From positions 50,592,001 through 50,656,000 of the forward strand of contig OZ024741.1 of NCBI GenBank assembly GCA_964016885.1: a stretch of 64,000 nt of DNA, read 5' to 3'. Of this stretch, positions 37,274 to 49,880 are shown one piece after another; position 1 is the stretch's first letter, and each line of letters begins with the position of its first letter. The translations under genes were made by a program, and so were the position numbers. The notes beneath the pieces were generated by a model, which searched no databases, was not told the DNA's origin, and saw only the letters and a program-made list of their open reading frames with translations. This DNA comes from Eledone cirrhosa. Lineage: Eukaryota.

Positions 37274-37546
37274 TAACAGATTAAAGTTTAAGCAAAGAAT
37301 CGCCGTTAAGGGTGAAAGCAGCGAGTCTTTGCTGAAACTTTAATCTGTTATTTTAATAAATATTTGCTCTACGGTTCTTATATATCCGATATATATTTAT
37401 CCTTATCGAGCCCTCTTTGGATTTTAGTCTTCAAATTTATTAATATTACTATATATATATATATGTAAAAGGTAAACAGAAATAACAATCGGTACAGTAT
37501 ATGGAAGGGATATATTAGGTTAACGCTTGATATAGCAGGAAGAGGG

Positions 37547-37582
37547 TCTTAACGTTTCGGACGCTAGTCCTTCATCAGAAGA
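37547..37582 (-). ncRNA. Minimal hammerhead ribozyme (family A)
   Basis: TCTT-CTGATGA-A-GGAC-TAGC-GTCC-GAAAC-GTT-AAGA; identical to 48648-48683. Confidence 0.8.
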
Positions 37583-37894
37583 AAGAATGAGAAATAAGAT
37601 AGATTGAGGGGACGGGCTGGTTGGAATTGGAAAAAATGTCTTTAGATAAAAATAACAGGTCCATTCATGTTGACATCTCTGGCAATATATATACATATAT
37701 ACATACACGCATTACACATACACACACTTTCACACACACACATATACACATTACACAGACACTCTCACACACATATATTCATACACACACACACACACAC
37801 ACTCTCACACATGTACACATATATACAAACACATTACACACACACACACACTCTTTCTCTCTCACATACATATATACATATATACAAACACACA

Positions 37895-37962
<68 letters not shown>

Positions 37963-38292
37963 TATTCGAAATGTGTGTGTCACAATGCAAATTACCACAC
38001 TAACAATCGACCTCCTCCTCCTCCTCCTCCTCCTTCTTCTTCTTCTTCTTCTTCTTCTTCTTGAGAGGGTCGTAGGGACAGAGTCCTCAAATACTCCTTC
38101 CAGTGGGTCTTGTCAGAAGCAACCGTCTCCAACTAATCCAGCTGGATCCCCAGCGAGACCAGCCAAGCTCATGAGTGTTATCCAACCATCTTTCTCGGGG
38201 TCTACCCCTTGGTCCCCTGCCGGTTAGTTTTTCCCGTAAAATCTGTCCAGCGATTCTTTCCTGAGACATTCTAACCAGAAGCTCAACTACAT

Positions 38293-38515
38293 GGCGGTGG
38301 ATTGGCAGTATCGGTAGAGCGTCGGACACCCTGCTTTGCAACATAGAGCTATGTCCCTTTACGTTCTGAATTAAAATCCTGCCAAGGTTAACTTTGCCTT
38401 TCATCCTTACAAGGTCAATAAAATAAAGCACCAGTAATGCACTGAGGTCTATTTAATCGATTCTTCCTTGCCCTCAAATTGTTGGCCTTGCGACTAAAAG
38501 TAGAAACAATTATTT
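38293..38515 (+). mobile_element. SINE (second family), full length
   Basis: GGCGGTGGATTGGCAGTATCGGTAGAGCGTCGGAC head, shared core, ...AGTAGAAACAATTATT tail. Confidence 0.8.
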
Positions 38516-39059
38516 GTAGCAGTCAAAGTTAACAATCGACCACAATAAATAATATGGGGGCACGTTGCCTAATGTCGTGGGTTCAATTCCTGGGCGTGTT
38601 GTGTTTTTGAGTAAAAGACTTCATTTCACGTTGCTCAAGTACACTCAGCTGAAAGTGAGTATTAGCAATAGCTGGGGGGTTTAACCCAGTGGAGAGTCTT
38701 CATGCCAGGAAACCAGTCAAACAAGCCTTCTGGCTTGAGACAGACTTCAGACTAGACTTAAATACTACTTTAGACTAGACAACAGATAGTATTTGACAAA
38801 GTCAGGTAAAATACCCCAACGAGAGAAAGTAGAGAGAGGCACCATTGAGGAACTGAACTTGTTAGGTGTTTCTATTCAGTTTTTCCTCTCGCTACTTCCG
38901 TTTCTAGTCCACCTGATTTCCTCAACTATTATTTATAGTGATCTACTACTATTGTCGTCATTTGCGTTGGGACGCACCATTTCAAATTACAAAATTTCCA
39001 AATGCTTCTTAACTCAACAACCGCTTTGTTTATTACACACACACACACACACACACACA

Positions 39060-39106
<47 letters not shown>

Positions 39107-39195
39107 GGGGATAGATACATTATATATATATGTGCGTGTACACACACACATATATACACGTATATATGTAAACATTATACATACACGCACATATA

Positions 39196-39273
<78 letters not shown>

Positions 39274-39639
39274 ATGCATACACTACACACATCACATATA
39301 TATACACTCACATATATATCCAACACATTATACACCCCACCACACCCACTTCTTTCTAAAGCCGTGGAGAATTCTAGTTAGGCTTATCAAGCCATACAAC
39401 TGGATATTCTGTAGTGGTGGTGTCTTCTGCATTACCACCACCACCCCACTACTACCCCCACCTCAAACCACCACCACCACCACCGCCACTCCACTACTAC
39501 CCCCCACTTCCCACCAACACCAACACCAATACCACCAGCACAACTACCCCCACCGCCGCCACCACCACCAACACTACCACCATCGCCACCACCATCGCCA
39601 CCACCACCACCACCATCATCACCAAACTACTTGGAGTTA

Positions 39640-40479
39640 CGAGGGTAGGCTGAAAAGTTAATTGACTGACTATGAAGGATTGATGCTAGAGCTGTGAAAT
39701 CTTGCAGGCATTAATTTCAACTCTTCTTATCAATAACTGTATTGTTTCTTTCCAGATACTATGTTGAAAAATAAACCTCCTTTGGTCATTCCATGAGAGT
39801 ATCTTGGTCAGACTACGAAGGAGTGATGCTAGAGCTGTGAAATCTTGCATGTATTAATTTCAACTCTTCTTATTAACAATAATTGCTTTGTTTCTTTCCA
39901 GGGACTATGTTGAAAAATAAACCTACTTTGTTCATTCCATGAGAGTATCTTGGTCAGCCTATGAACATTTCAGCTGACCCTAACCTCATTTGTTCATTCC
40001 ATGAGAGTATCTTGGTCAGCCTATGAACATTTCAGCTGACCCTAACCTCATTTGTTCATTCCATGAGAGTATCTTGGTCAGCCTATGAACTTTTCAGCTG
40101 ACCCTAACCTCATTTGTTCATTCCATGAGAGTATCTTGGTCAGCCTATGAACTTTTCAGCTGACCCTAACCTCATTTGTTCATTCCATGAGAGTATCTTG
40201 GTCAGCCTATGAACATTTCAGCTGACCCTAACCTCATTTGTTCATTCCATGAGAGTATCTTGGTCAGCCTATGAACATTTCAGCTGACCCTAACCTCATT
40301 TGTTCATTCCATGAGAGTATCTTGGTCAGCCTATGAACTTTTCAGCTGACCCTAACCTCATTTGTTCATTCCATGAGAGTATCTTGGTCAGCCTATGAAC
40401 ATTTCAGCTGACCCTAACCTCATTTGTTCATTCCATGAGAGTATCTTGGTCAGCCTATGAACATTTCAGCGGACCCTCA
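39640..40479. mobile_element. Mariner-type MITE whose right end is amplified as a 62-bp array (9 copies)
   Basis: TA|CGAGGGTAGGCTGAAAAGTT ... AACATTTCAGCGGACCCTCA|TA. Units start at 39931, 39993 ... 40427. Confidence 0.85.
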
Positions 40480-40534
40480 TATATACGATACACCCACAAA
40501 ATTCTCAGGCGGTGAATTGGTAGAGTCGTTAGAG

Positions 40535-40720
40535 CAGGGTTTCCCAAACTTTTTCAAACGCAGAACCCTTTTTGATTTCAGAATCTTTTGGAGGAACCCC
40601 AAAGCCTAATAGTATTATATGGCCGAAATATAAATATACTCCTCTACCCTTTTTCACGGAACCCTAGACACTCTTTTGCGGAACCCTTGAATTCAGCGGA
40701 ACCCACTTTGGGAACTACTG
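40535..40720. mobile_element. hAT (Charlie-like) MITE nested in a SINE head
   Basis: TIRs CAGGGTTTCCCAAA / TTTGGGAACTACTG. Perfect 8-bp TSD CGTTAGAG. Confidence 0.85.
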
Positions 40721-40914
40721 CGTTAGAGCAACGTTGGATTACTTCGTTTGTAAAGTTTCGTATGGTTCTCTGAATACTAAATTCAAATCATTCCAAAGTC
40801 AACTTTGCTTTTTATTCATTTGAGGTCGATATATAAACTACCAGACCAAGTTGGATCATTGCAGGATTGTTACAGTGTCGGTCGGGCTCATCGACATTGT
40901 TGGGGAGGGGCACA

Positions 40915-43900
40915 TGATGGTACTGGGTGACACTGGATGGTACTGGGTGACACTGGATGGTACTGGGTGACACTGGATGGTACTGGGTGACACTGGATGG
41001 TACTGGGTAACACTAGATGACACTGGATGGTACTGGATGGTACTGGGTGGTACGAGATGGTACTGGGTGACACTGGGTGGTACTGGGTGACACTGGGTGG
41101 TACTGGATGGTACTGGGTGACATTGGATGGTACTGGGTGGTATTGGATGGTACTGGATGGTACTGGGTGACACTGGATGATACTGGATGGTACTGGATAG
41201 TACTGGGTGACACTGGATGGTACTGGGTAACACTAGATGACACTGGATAGTACTGGGTGGTACTGGATGGTACTGGGTGACACTGGATGGTACTGGGTGG
41301 TACGGGATGGTACTGGGTGACACTGGATGGTACTGGGTGGTACTGGGTGACACTGGGTGGTACTGGATGGTACTGGGTGACACTGGATGGTACTGGGTGG
41401 TATTGGATGGTAATGGATGGTACTGGGTGACACTGGATGGTACTGGATGGTACTGGATAGTACTGGGTGACACTGGATGGTACTGGGTGGTACGGGATGG
41501 TACTGGGTGGTACTGGGTGATACTGTGTGGTACTGGATGGTACTGGGTGACACTGGATGGTACTGGGTGGTATTGGATGGTACTGGATGGTACTGGGTGA
41601 CACTGGATGGTACTGGGTGACACTGGATGGTACTGGGTGACACTGGATGGTACTGGGTGACACTGGATGGTACTGGATGGTACTGGATAGTACTGGGTGA
41701 CACTGGATGGTACTGGGTGACACTGGATGGTACTGGATAGTACTGGGTGACACTGGATGGTACTGGGTGACACTGGGTGGTACTGGATGATACTGGGTGA
41801 CACTGGATGGTACTGGGTGACACTGGGTGGTACTGGATGATACTGGGTGACACTGGATGGTACTGGGTGACACTGGATGGTACTGGGTGGTACTGGGTGA
41901 CACTGGATGGTACTGGGTGGTACTGGATGGTACTGGATGGTACTGGATGGTAGTGGATGATACTGGTTGGTACTGGATGGTACTGGATGACACTGGATGG
42001 TACTGGATGGTACTGGGTAACACTAGATGACACTGGGTAACACTAGATGACACTGGATGGTATTGGATGGTACTGGGTGGTACTGGGTAACACTGGATGG
42101 TACTGGATGGTACTGGGTAACACTAGATGACACTGGATGGTACTGGGTGATACTGGATGCTACTGGGTGACACTTGATGGTATTGGGTGACACTGGATGG
42201 TATTGGGTGACACTGGATGGTACTGGATGACACTGGATGCTACTGGGTGACACTGGATGGTACTGGATAGTACTGGGTGACACTGGATGGTACTGGATGG
42301 TACTGGGTGACACTGGATGGTACTGGGTGACACTTGATGGTATTGGGTGATACTTGATGGTACTGGGTGACACTGGATGATACTGGATGACACTGGATGG
42401 CACTGGATGCTACTGGGTGACACTGGATGGCACTGGATGCTACTGGGTGACACTGGATGGTACTGGATAGTACTGGGTGACACTGGATGGTACTGGGTGA
42501 CACTGGGTGGTACTGGATGGTAATGGATGGTACTGGATGGTACTGAATGACACTGGATGGTACGGGATGGTACTGGGTAACACTAGATGACACTGGATGG
42601 TACTGGGTGACACTTGATGGTACTGGGTGATACTTGATGGTATTGGGTGACACTGGATGGCACTGGATGCTACTGGGTGACACTGGATGCTACTGGGTGA
42701 CACTGGATGGTACTGGATAGTACTGGGTGACACTGGATGGTACTGGATGGTACTGGGTGACACTGGATGGTACTGGGTGACACTTGATGGTACTGGGTGA
42801 TACTTGATAGTACTGGGTGACACTGGATGATACTGGATGACACTGGATGGCACTGGATGCTACTGGGTGGTACTGGATGACACTGGATGGTACTGGATAG
42901 TACTGGGTGACACTGGATGGTACTGGATGGTACTGGGTGGTACTGGGTGACACTGGATGGTACTGGATGGTACTGGGTGGTACTGGGTGGTACTGGATGG
43001 TAATGGATGGTACTGGATGGTACTGAAGGACACTGGATGGTACGGGATGGTACTGGGTAACACTAGATGACACTGGATGGTACTGGGTGACACTGGATGG
43101 TACTGAGTGACACTTGATGGTACTGGGTGATATGATGGTACTGGGTGACACTGGATGGTACTGGATGACACTGGATGGTACTGGATGCTACTGGGTGACA
43201 CTGGATGACACTGGATGGTACTGGATAGTACTGGGTGACACTGGATGGTACTGGGTGACACTGGATGGCACTGGATGGGTCTAGGTGATACTGGATGGTA
43301 CTGGGTGACACTGGATGGTACTGGGTGACACTGGATGGTACTGGGTGACACTGGATGGTACTGAATGGTACTGGGTGACACTGGATGGGACTGGATGACA
43401 CTGGATGATACTGGATGGTTCTAGGTGACACTGGATGGTACTGGGTGACACTGAATTGTACTAGATGGTACTGGATGGTAGTGGGTGACACTGGATGGTA
43501 CTGGACGGTTCTGGGTGACACTGGATGGTACTGGATGGTACTGAATGGTACTGGGTGACACTGGATGGTACAGGATGCCATTGGATGGTACTGGATGGTT
43601 CTAGGTGACACTGGATGGTACTGGATGGTAGTGGGTGACACTGGATGATACTGGATGGTACTGGATGGCAATGGATGGCACTGGATGGTACTAGATGGAA
43701 TCGGATGGTATTGGATGGTACTGGATGGTAGTGGATGGTACTGGATGGCAGTGGATGGTACTGCATGGTACCGCATGACACTGGATGGTACTGGATGGTT
43801 CTGCATGGTACTGGATGACACTGGATGGTACTTGTTAGTTCTGGATGGTACTGGATGACACTGGATGGTACTTGTTAGTTCTGGATGGTACTGGATGACA

Positions 43901-44015
43901 CTGGATGACACTGGATGATACTGGATGGTACTTGTTAGTTCTGGATGGTTCTGGATGGCACCGGATAGCACTGGTTAGTATTGCATGGTACTGGATGGTA
44001 GTGGATGGCACTGCC
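40915..44015. repeat. ~3.1-kb 10-bp satellite (TACTGGRTGG / CACTGGATGG)n
   Basis: About 310 units with a 20-bp dimer TACTGGGTGA-CACTGGATGG. One 2-bp register shift near 43131. Degenerates rightwards. Confidence 0.97.
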
Positions 44016-44293
44016 TGGAGGTACTCCCCCATTTCCTTGTTTTCAATGGTGCTCTCCGGGTTTACGGTGATATACTTATTGCGAAACTCTGTCTTAGAAT
44101 TATTGCGAATTAGTGATCCCATCCAGAATGTTCCCACAATATATGGCATCTTGTATCGACAGAGTCCTGCTAGAGCTCCAGCTCAGCCTTGTAACAGATG
44201 GTATAGAGACCACGATGATAGAAGAACTACACACTCACACACACTCACTCACACACACACACTCACATACACACACATACGCGCACACACACG

Positions 44294-44331
<38 letters not shown>

Positions 44332-44769
44332 CATATTCACACACACGCATACTCACATACATGCACACACATATTTATACACTCACTCACACAAACACAA
44401 ACACACACACACACATGCACACAAATACTCACACACACACACACAGACACATTCACACGCACAATCACTCACACAAATACAGTCACACATATACTCTCTC
44501 TTGCACACACACACAAGCACACTAATACACACTTACTTTCACACACATATTCCCCCCCCCACTCACAACAACACATGCGCGCCCAAAATGTACTAAAGCC
44601 CCATGGATATACAATGGAACACCTTTTGTTACTGTAGGGATCTTCAAGTGTTACCATCCATTCCACGACAATCAACCTCCAATATCTAATCTAAATATAC
44701 AACACTATCCTAAAAACATTTCCCTCTCGTGCAGACCTAGCAGATATAAACAACAACAACAACACATAC

Positions 44770-45100
44770 TCTCGTGTCTCAAATAATCCCCCCCCCCCCC
44801 CCACTTATTAATTTTTCACCCCACCCCACCCCCACTTATTAAATTCTACTAATCTATCTCTACTAATCTATCTATTAAGTGGTGGCATTCCTGCGACAAT
44901 TAATTTTCTTCAGACATAAAAAAACATTAAACATGACAAAAAAGTATATTAGTAGCAATTCCATATGTTATAAAATAAATAGTATGGATTGATGTCTCAA
45001 TATGTAAACTAAACGACTAATTCTGGTTTTTAAAAAACATCAACGGAGACAACCTAGAAAAATTATGTTTTCCACCCCCATCTATAATTTCGGACCCTAG
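44770..45100. mobile_element. TA-flanked MITE (Tc1/pogo-like)
   Basis: TA|CTCTCGTGTCTCAAATAAT ... ATAATTTCGGACCCTAGAG|TA. A similar right end recurs near 45260. Confidence 0.5.
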
Positions 45101-46226
45101 AGTAAGATTATTTGTAGATAAAATGGTTGACAAAGCAATTTTTCCCAGATGCCAAAATAGTAGAGTACTACCTTTACATCACTATAAACACTGATTTCTC
45201 TACACCAATTATTCCAACTCTCCCGCTTATTCCACCCCCCTATTATTTGGGACCCGAGAGTACACACCCTACTCATCACCATCGGCACAGAGTTGGCTAC
45301 CCACAGGTGTGAGCCTACCTCACTATCTTCCAGAGAAACGCCTTCTCTATTCTGTCCACCGACCTGTGAATAGAGAAGGTGAGAGATGGGGAGAGCGGGA
45401 GAGACGGAGGCAGTGACAGTGGGAGTTTGGTTCCTTTGTGTTCGGACCTGGTGTAAGTGTATATGTTTGACGGACACACACTCAATCTATTTGACTATTT
45501 AATCTGTAATAGAATATTGACTAGATTTACGTCTAATTTATAATAAACTGTGCAATCTATAATATAATTAACCCCAAACACAGTGATGAGATGTATATGA
45601 CCAGTAGAGATACGTGTAAATGAACAAAAGTGACCATGATCTAACCAAGTTAAACCTTGCTCTCTTCCTCCGAGGTCATCACCACAATATACAGTCATAA
45701 CTATCAACCGCTCTCTGATAGGTTTGTGGTTGAGCCTGTGGCAGTAGAGACTTCCAGCGTTATTGGCCCCTGGACTACATCCCTACTCTGGCAGAATCGA
45801 TAGAGCGACGGAGAACATGCTTAGCGACATAGAGTTACGGCCATTTACGTTCTGAGTTCAAATCTCGCTGAGGTTAGCTTTGCCTTTCATCCTTACGGGA
45901 TGAATAAAATAAAGTACCAGTAATGCACTGCGGGTATTTTTAATCGACTTTCCCCTCCACCAAAATTGCTGGCCTTGTGCCTATAGTAGAAATCATTGCT
46001 ATCGGGGCGGAGTTGGCTACCGGCGTTCCTGGCTCCTGGATCACATATCTATTTTCATTGCTATGGGGGCGGAGTTGATTACCTGCAAGTGCGATCGAGC
46101 CCCGTGAGGTGGTGTGGCTGTTCCAGTGTGTCTCCCTCGCCATACTCCGGTTTTCTTTATACTGTCGACCGGGACACAGAGGCGGACTGATCTTTAATGG
46201 AGAGTGGCAAATACAGACCCCCCCTT

Positions 46227-46291
<65 letters not shown>

Positions 46292-46307
46292 ACACACAGA
46301 CACACAC

Positions 46308-46347
<40 letters not shown>

Positions 46348-46456
46348 GCGCTCACTCACACATACAAAGATAGACGCATGCACACGCATACACACACACA
46401 AGTACAGACACACATGCATTAAAAATAAACACATGCCTTTATATTGCGTTTCATAG

Positions 46457-46960
46457 TTTTTGTTGCTGCTCTGCTGCTGCTGTTGTTGTTTTTGTTGTTG
46501 CTGTTGTTGTTGTTGTTGCTGTTTTTCTTGTTGTTGCTGCTGCTGCTGTTGTTGTTGTTGTTGTTGTTGTTGTTTTTCTTGTTGTTGCTGCTGTTGGTGT
46601 TGTTGTTGTTGCTGTTTTTCTTGTTGTTGCTGCTGCTGTTGTTGTTGTTGTTTTGTTGTTGTTGTTGTTGTTGCTGTTGTTGTTGTTGCTGTTGTTGCTG
46701 TTTTTCTTGTTGTTGCTGATGTTGTTGTTGTTGTTTTTGTTGTTGTTGTTGTTGTTGCTGTTGTTATTGCTGTTGTTGTTATTGTTTTTGTTGCTGTTGT
46801 TGTTGTTGCTGTTGTTATTGCTGCTGCTGCTGCTGCTGCTGCTGTTGTTGTTGTTGTTGTTGTTGTTGTTGCTGCTGTTGTTATTGCTGCTGCTGCTGTT
46901 GTTGCTGCTGTTGTTGCTGTTTTTCTTGTTGTTGCTGCTGTTGTTGTTGTTGTTTTGTTG

Positions 46961-46991
<31 letters not shown>

Positions 46992-47027
46992 TGTTGTTGT
47001 TGTTGTTGCTGTTGTTGCTGTTGCTGT

Positions 47028-47071
<44 letters not shown>

Positions 47072-47143
47072 TTGTGTTATTGTTGCTGCTGGTGTTGCAG
47101 CTGTTGTTGCTGCTGTTGTTGTTGTTGTTGTTGTTGCTGTTGC

Positions 47144-47175
<32 letters not shown>

Positions 47176-47284
47176 CTGTTGTTGTTGCTGTTGTTGCTGC
47201 TGTTGTTGTTGCTATTGTTGTTGGTGTTGTTGCTGCTGTTGTTGTTATTGTTGCAGCTGGTGTTGCTGCTGGTGTTGCTGCTGC

Positions 47285-47339
<55 letters not shown>

Positions 47340-47341
47340 GC

Positions 47342-47384
<43 letters not shown>

Positions 47385-47395
47385 GCTGTTGCTGC

Positions 47396-47433
<38 letters not shown>

Positions 47434-47474
47434 CTGTTGTTGCTGCTGTTGTTGCTGCTGCTGCTGTTGTTGTT

Positions 47475-47509
<35 letters not shown>

Positions 47510-47541
47510 TGTTGTTGTTGTTGTTGTTGCTGCTGCTGCCG

Positions 47542-47579
<38 letters not shown>

Positions 47580-47950
47580 GCTACTGCTGTTGCTATTGTT
47601 GCTGCTGTTGTTGCTGTTGTTGCTGTTGTTGCTGCTGTTATTGTTGCTGTTGTTGTTGCTGTTGTTGCTGTTGTTGTTGTTGTTGTTGCTGCTGTTGTTG
47701 CTGCTGTTGTTGCTGCTGTTTTTGCTGTTGTTGCTGCTATTGTTGCTGCTGTTGTTGCTGTTGTTGCTGTTGTTGCTGTTGTTGCTGTTGTTGCTGCTGT
47801 TGTTGTTGCTGTTGTTGCTGCTGTTGTTGCTGTTGTTGTTGCTGTTGTTGTTGCTGTTGTTGCTGCTGTTGTTGTTGCTGTTGTTGCTGCTGTTGTTGCT
47901 GCTACTGCTGCTGTTGCTGCTGCTGTCTTTGTTGATGTTGTTGTTGGTAT
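46457..47950. repeat. 1.5-kb (GTT/GCT)n trinucleotide tract
   Basis: Direct inspection; source of the poly-L/C/V ORFs. Confidence 0.97.
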
Positions 47951-48139
47951 TGTAGCTCTAAGAAAACCGTGGTGTATATAAAAATGAAATATGGCGATGT
48001 CTAGAGTGCAATGAAGGCCAAGGAAAACTCAACGATTTAAGCATCTTTATACAGAACTTAGAAGAAAGATATTCAAAAATAGTGATTAATATATATATAT
48101 CTTTTGGATATTGATAGTTATTTGTTTACAATATTGAAA

Positions 48140-48548
48140 ACAAATGTCTTTATTCTAAAAATTCCTTTCATACCTACAGATGTTCCATTTGTCAAACTAA
48201 GTTTTGTTATTTCAATTAACAAATCTCAGGGTCAATCCCTCAAGGTAGTTGGACTTGATCTCTCTAGTACATAAGTCTCCCACGGTCAACTCTATGTTGG
48301 TTGCTCACGAGTTGGAAGCAGCAACAATTTATTCATTTGACATCAACAAAAAATTACACAACGAATATTGTTTACCCTGAGGTGCTTCAAGTTTGACAGA
48401 TTTTCATTTCTATATTTTAATATCATTACAATTTTGATATTTTTTATAAAATATAGATATTTTGAAATAATTATGAGAAAAAATATATCTTCATATTTAT
48501 TGTTTACTAATCTGAATAAGAACAGCAGTAACCAGGGCAACGCCGGGT
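48140..48548 (+). mobile_element. Helitron helicase C-terminal remnant and 3' hairpin
   Basis: [42 protein letters not shown] (Pif1-type motifs V/VI). Hairpin CCAGGGCAACGCCGGG near 48531-48546; terminal CTAG missing. Confidence 0.85.
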
Positions 48549-48647
48549 CAGAGATGGCAACATGAATAGACATGTTATTTTTATCTAAAGACATTTTTTC
48601 CAATTCCACCCCGCCCGTCCCTTCAATCTATCTAATTTCTCATTCTT

Positions 48648-48683
48648 TCTTCTGATGAAGGACTAGCGTCCGAAACGTTAAGA
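48648..48683 (+). ncRNA. Minimal hammerhead ribozyme (family A)
   Basis: TCTT-CTGATGA-A-GGAC-TAGC-GTCC-GAAAC-GTT-AAGA. Loopless palindromic helix III (AACGTT). Confidence 0.8.
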
Positions 48684-48760
48684 CCCTCTTCCTGCTATTT
48701 CAGGCGTTAATCTAATATATTCCTTCTATATACTGTACCGATTATTTCTGTTTACCTTTT

Positions 48761-48794
<34 letters not shown>

Positions 48795-48969
48795 TAAATT
48801 ATGTGTTAATTTAACACCAACACTTCAGTATACAGCGTAGAACACTGAACGAAGTCCACAAGAGGGTCTGTTAACTCCGGAGTAAATTTATAAAGAAGAG
48901 GTATAAGTCAACATTTCATAATTTACTTCTTTTATATATATACAATATATATATATACAATATATATAT

Positions 48970-49074
<105 letters not shown>

Positions 49075-49113
49075 ATATTAAATAAATGGAAACTATATTT
49101 ATAAAGCCATATT

Positions 49114-49174
49114 TATTCTATCATATATATTTCAAAGGTACCAAAATTTTGGTACGCTTTCATCAGATAAAATA
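49114..49174 (-). ncRNA. Hammerhead ribozyme (family C), probably inactivated
   Basis: TATTTTAT-CTGATGA-AAGCGTACCAAAATTTTGGTACCTTT-GAAA-TATATAT-G-ATAGAATA. G occupies the cleavage (H17) position. Confidence 0.65.
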
Positions 49175-49281
49175 CAAAGTTTGTTTTATAAATTTTGACA
49201 TAATCAAGGAAAGATACCTTAACGGTTCAAGTTTTCCGCTATCCAAGGGAAACTAGAACCGTTAAGGTATCTTTCCTTGGT

Positions 49282-49320
<39 letters not shown>

Positions 49321-49414
49321 GAAATGGCTTCTACAGGACTAGAACTGTTTCATTCGGGAGAAATCATTGAGTACCTTTTTTACTGTGGTTACCCCAGATT
49401 GAACCCAGGATAAA

Positions 49415-49458
<44 letters not shown>

Positions 49459-49699
49459 GTGTGGGATGCTTAAAAGCGTCCGTATGCGGTAGGCCGTTAG
49501 AGCACTCGATGCTCTTACAGAGCAGAGTATAATATCACATAAGAAATGGAGAATCAGTGGTGCGACGAATTAGAATTTATTAGACATATTACAATCATTT
49601 CTTTGGCAACTAGCTCGAGGTACGATCGATGCGAGGATCGAAACTGACTCTGAAATCGCAAGTTCTTCAGATATTTGGAAATTCTGCTTCAAGGGATAA

Positions 49700-49796
49700 A
49701 GACGTATCTGAAGAACTTGCGATTTCAGAGTCAGGTTCGATCCTCGCATCGATCGTACCTCGAGCTAGTTGCCAGAGAAACGATTGTAATATGTCT
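49700..49796 (+). ncRNA. Atypical hammerhead with expanded domain II (inverted partner at about 49582-49674)
   Basis: AGACGTAT-CTGAAGA-[62 nt]-GAAAC-GATT-GTA-ATATGTCT: 8-bp helix I and a canonical helix III. The base of helix II is non-canonical. Confidence 0.5.
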
Positions 49797-49836
49797 AATA
49801 AATTCTAATTCGTCGCACCACTGATTCTCCGTTTCT

Positions 49837-49880
<44 letters not shown>

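Larger units (their letters stand above)
36961..37685. mobile_element. Composite cluster of short Penelope-like pLTR modules in (TA)n
   Basis: Module B(-) 36961-37125 matches 49874-50037. Module A(+) 37130-37218 and A(-) 37465-37685 match 48548-48762. Hairpin module 37268-37354 is related to 4443-4490. Modules are separated by (TA)n. Confidence 0.7.

Noticed and set aside
39931-40479. CRISPR-like regular array
   Set aside because: No variable spacers, no cas genes, eukaryotic context; it is a MITE-end tandem repeat.
40856-44149. Long PSSTIQYHPV-repeat ORFs
   Set aside because: Overlapping ORFs in all frames produced by a 10-bp satellite; no splice or signal-peptide context.
46444-47981. Poly-L/C/V ORFs (poly-Q on the minus strand)
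   Set aside because: Trinucleotide repeat with internal frameshifts and no flanking exon signals.
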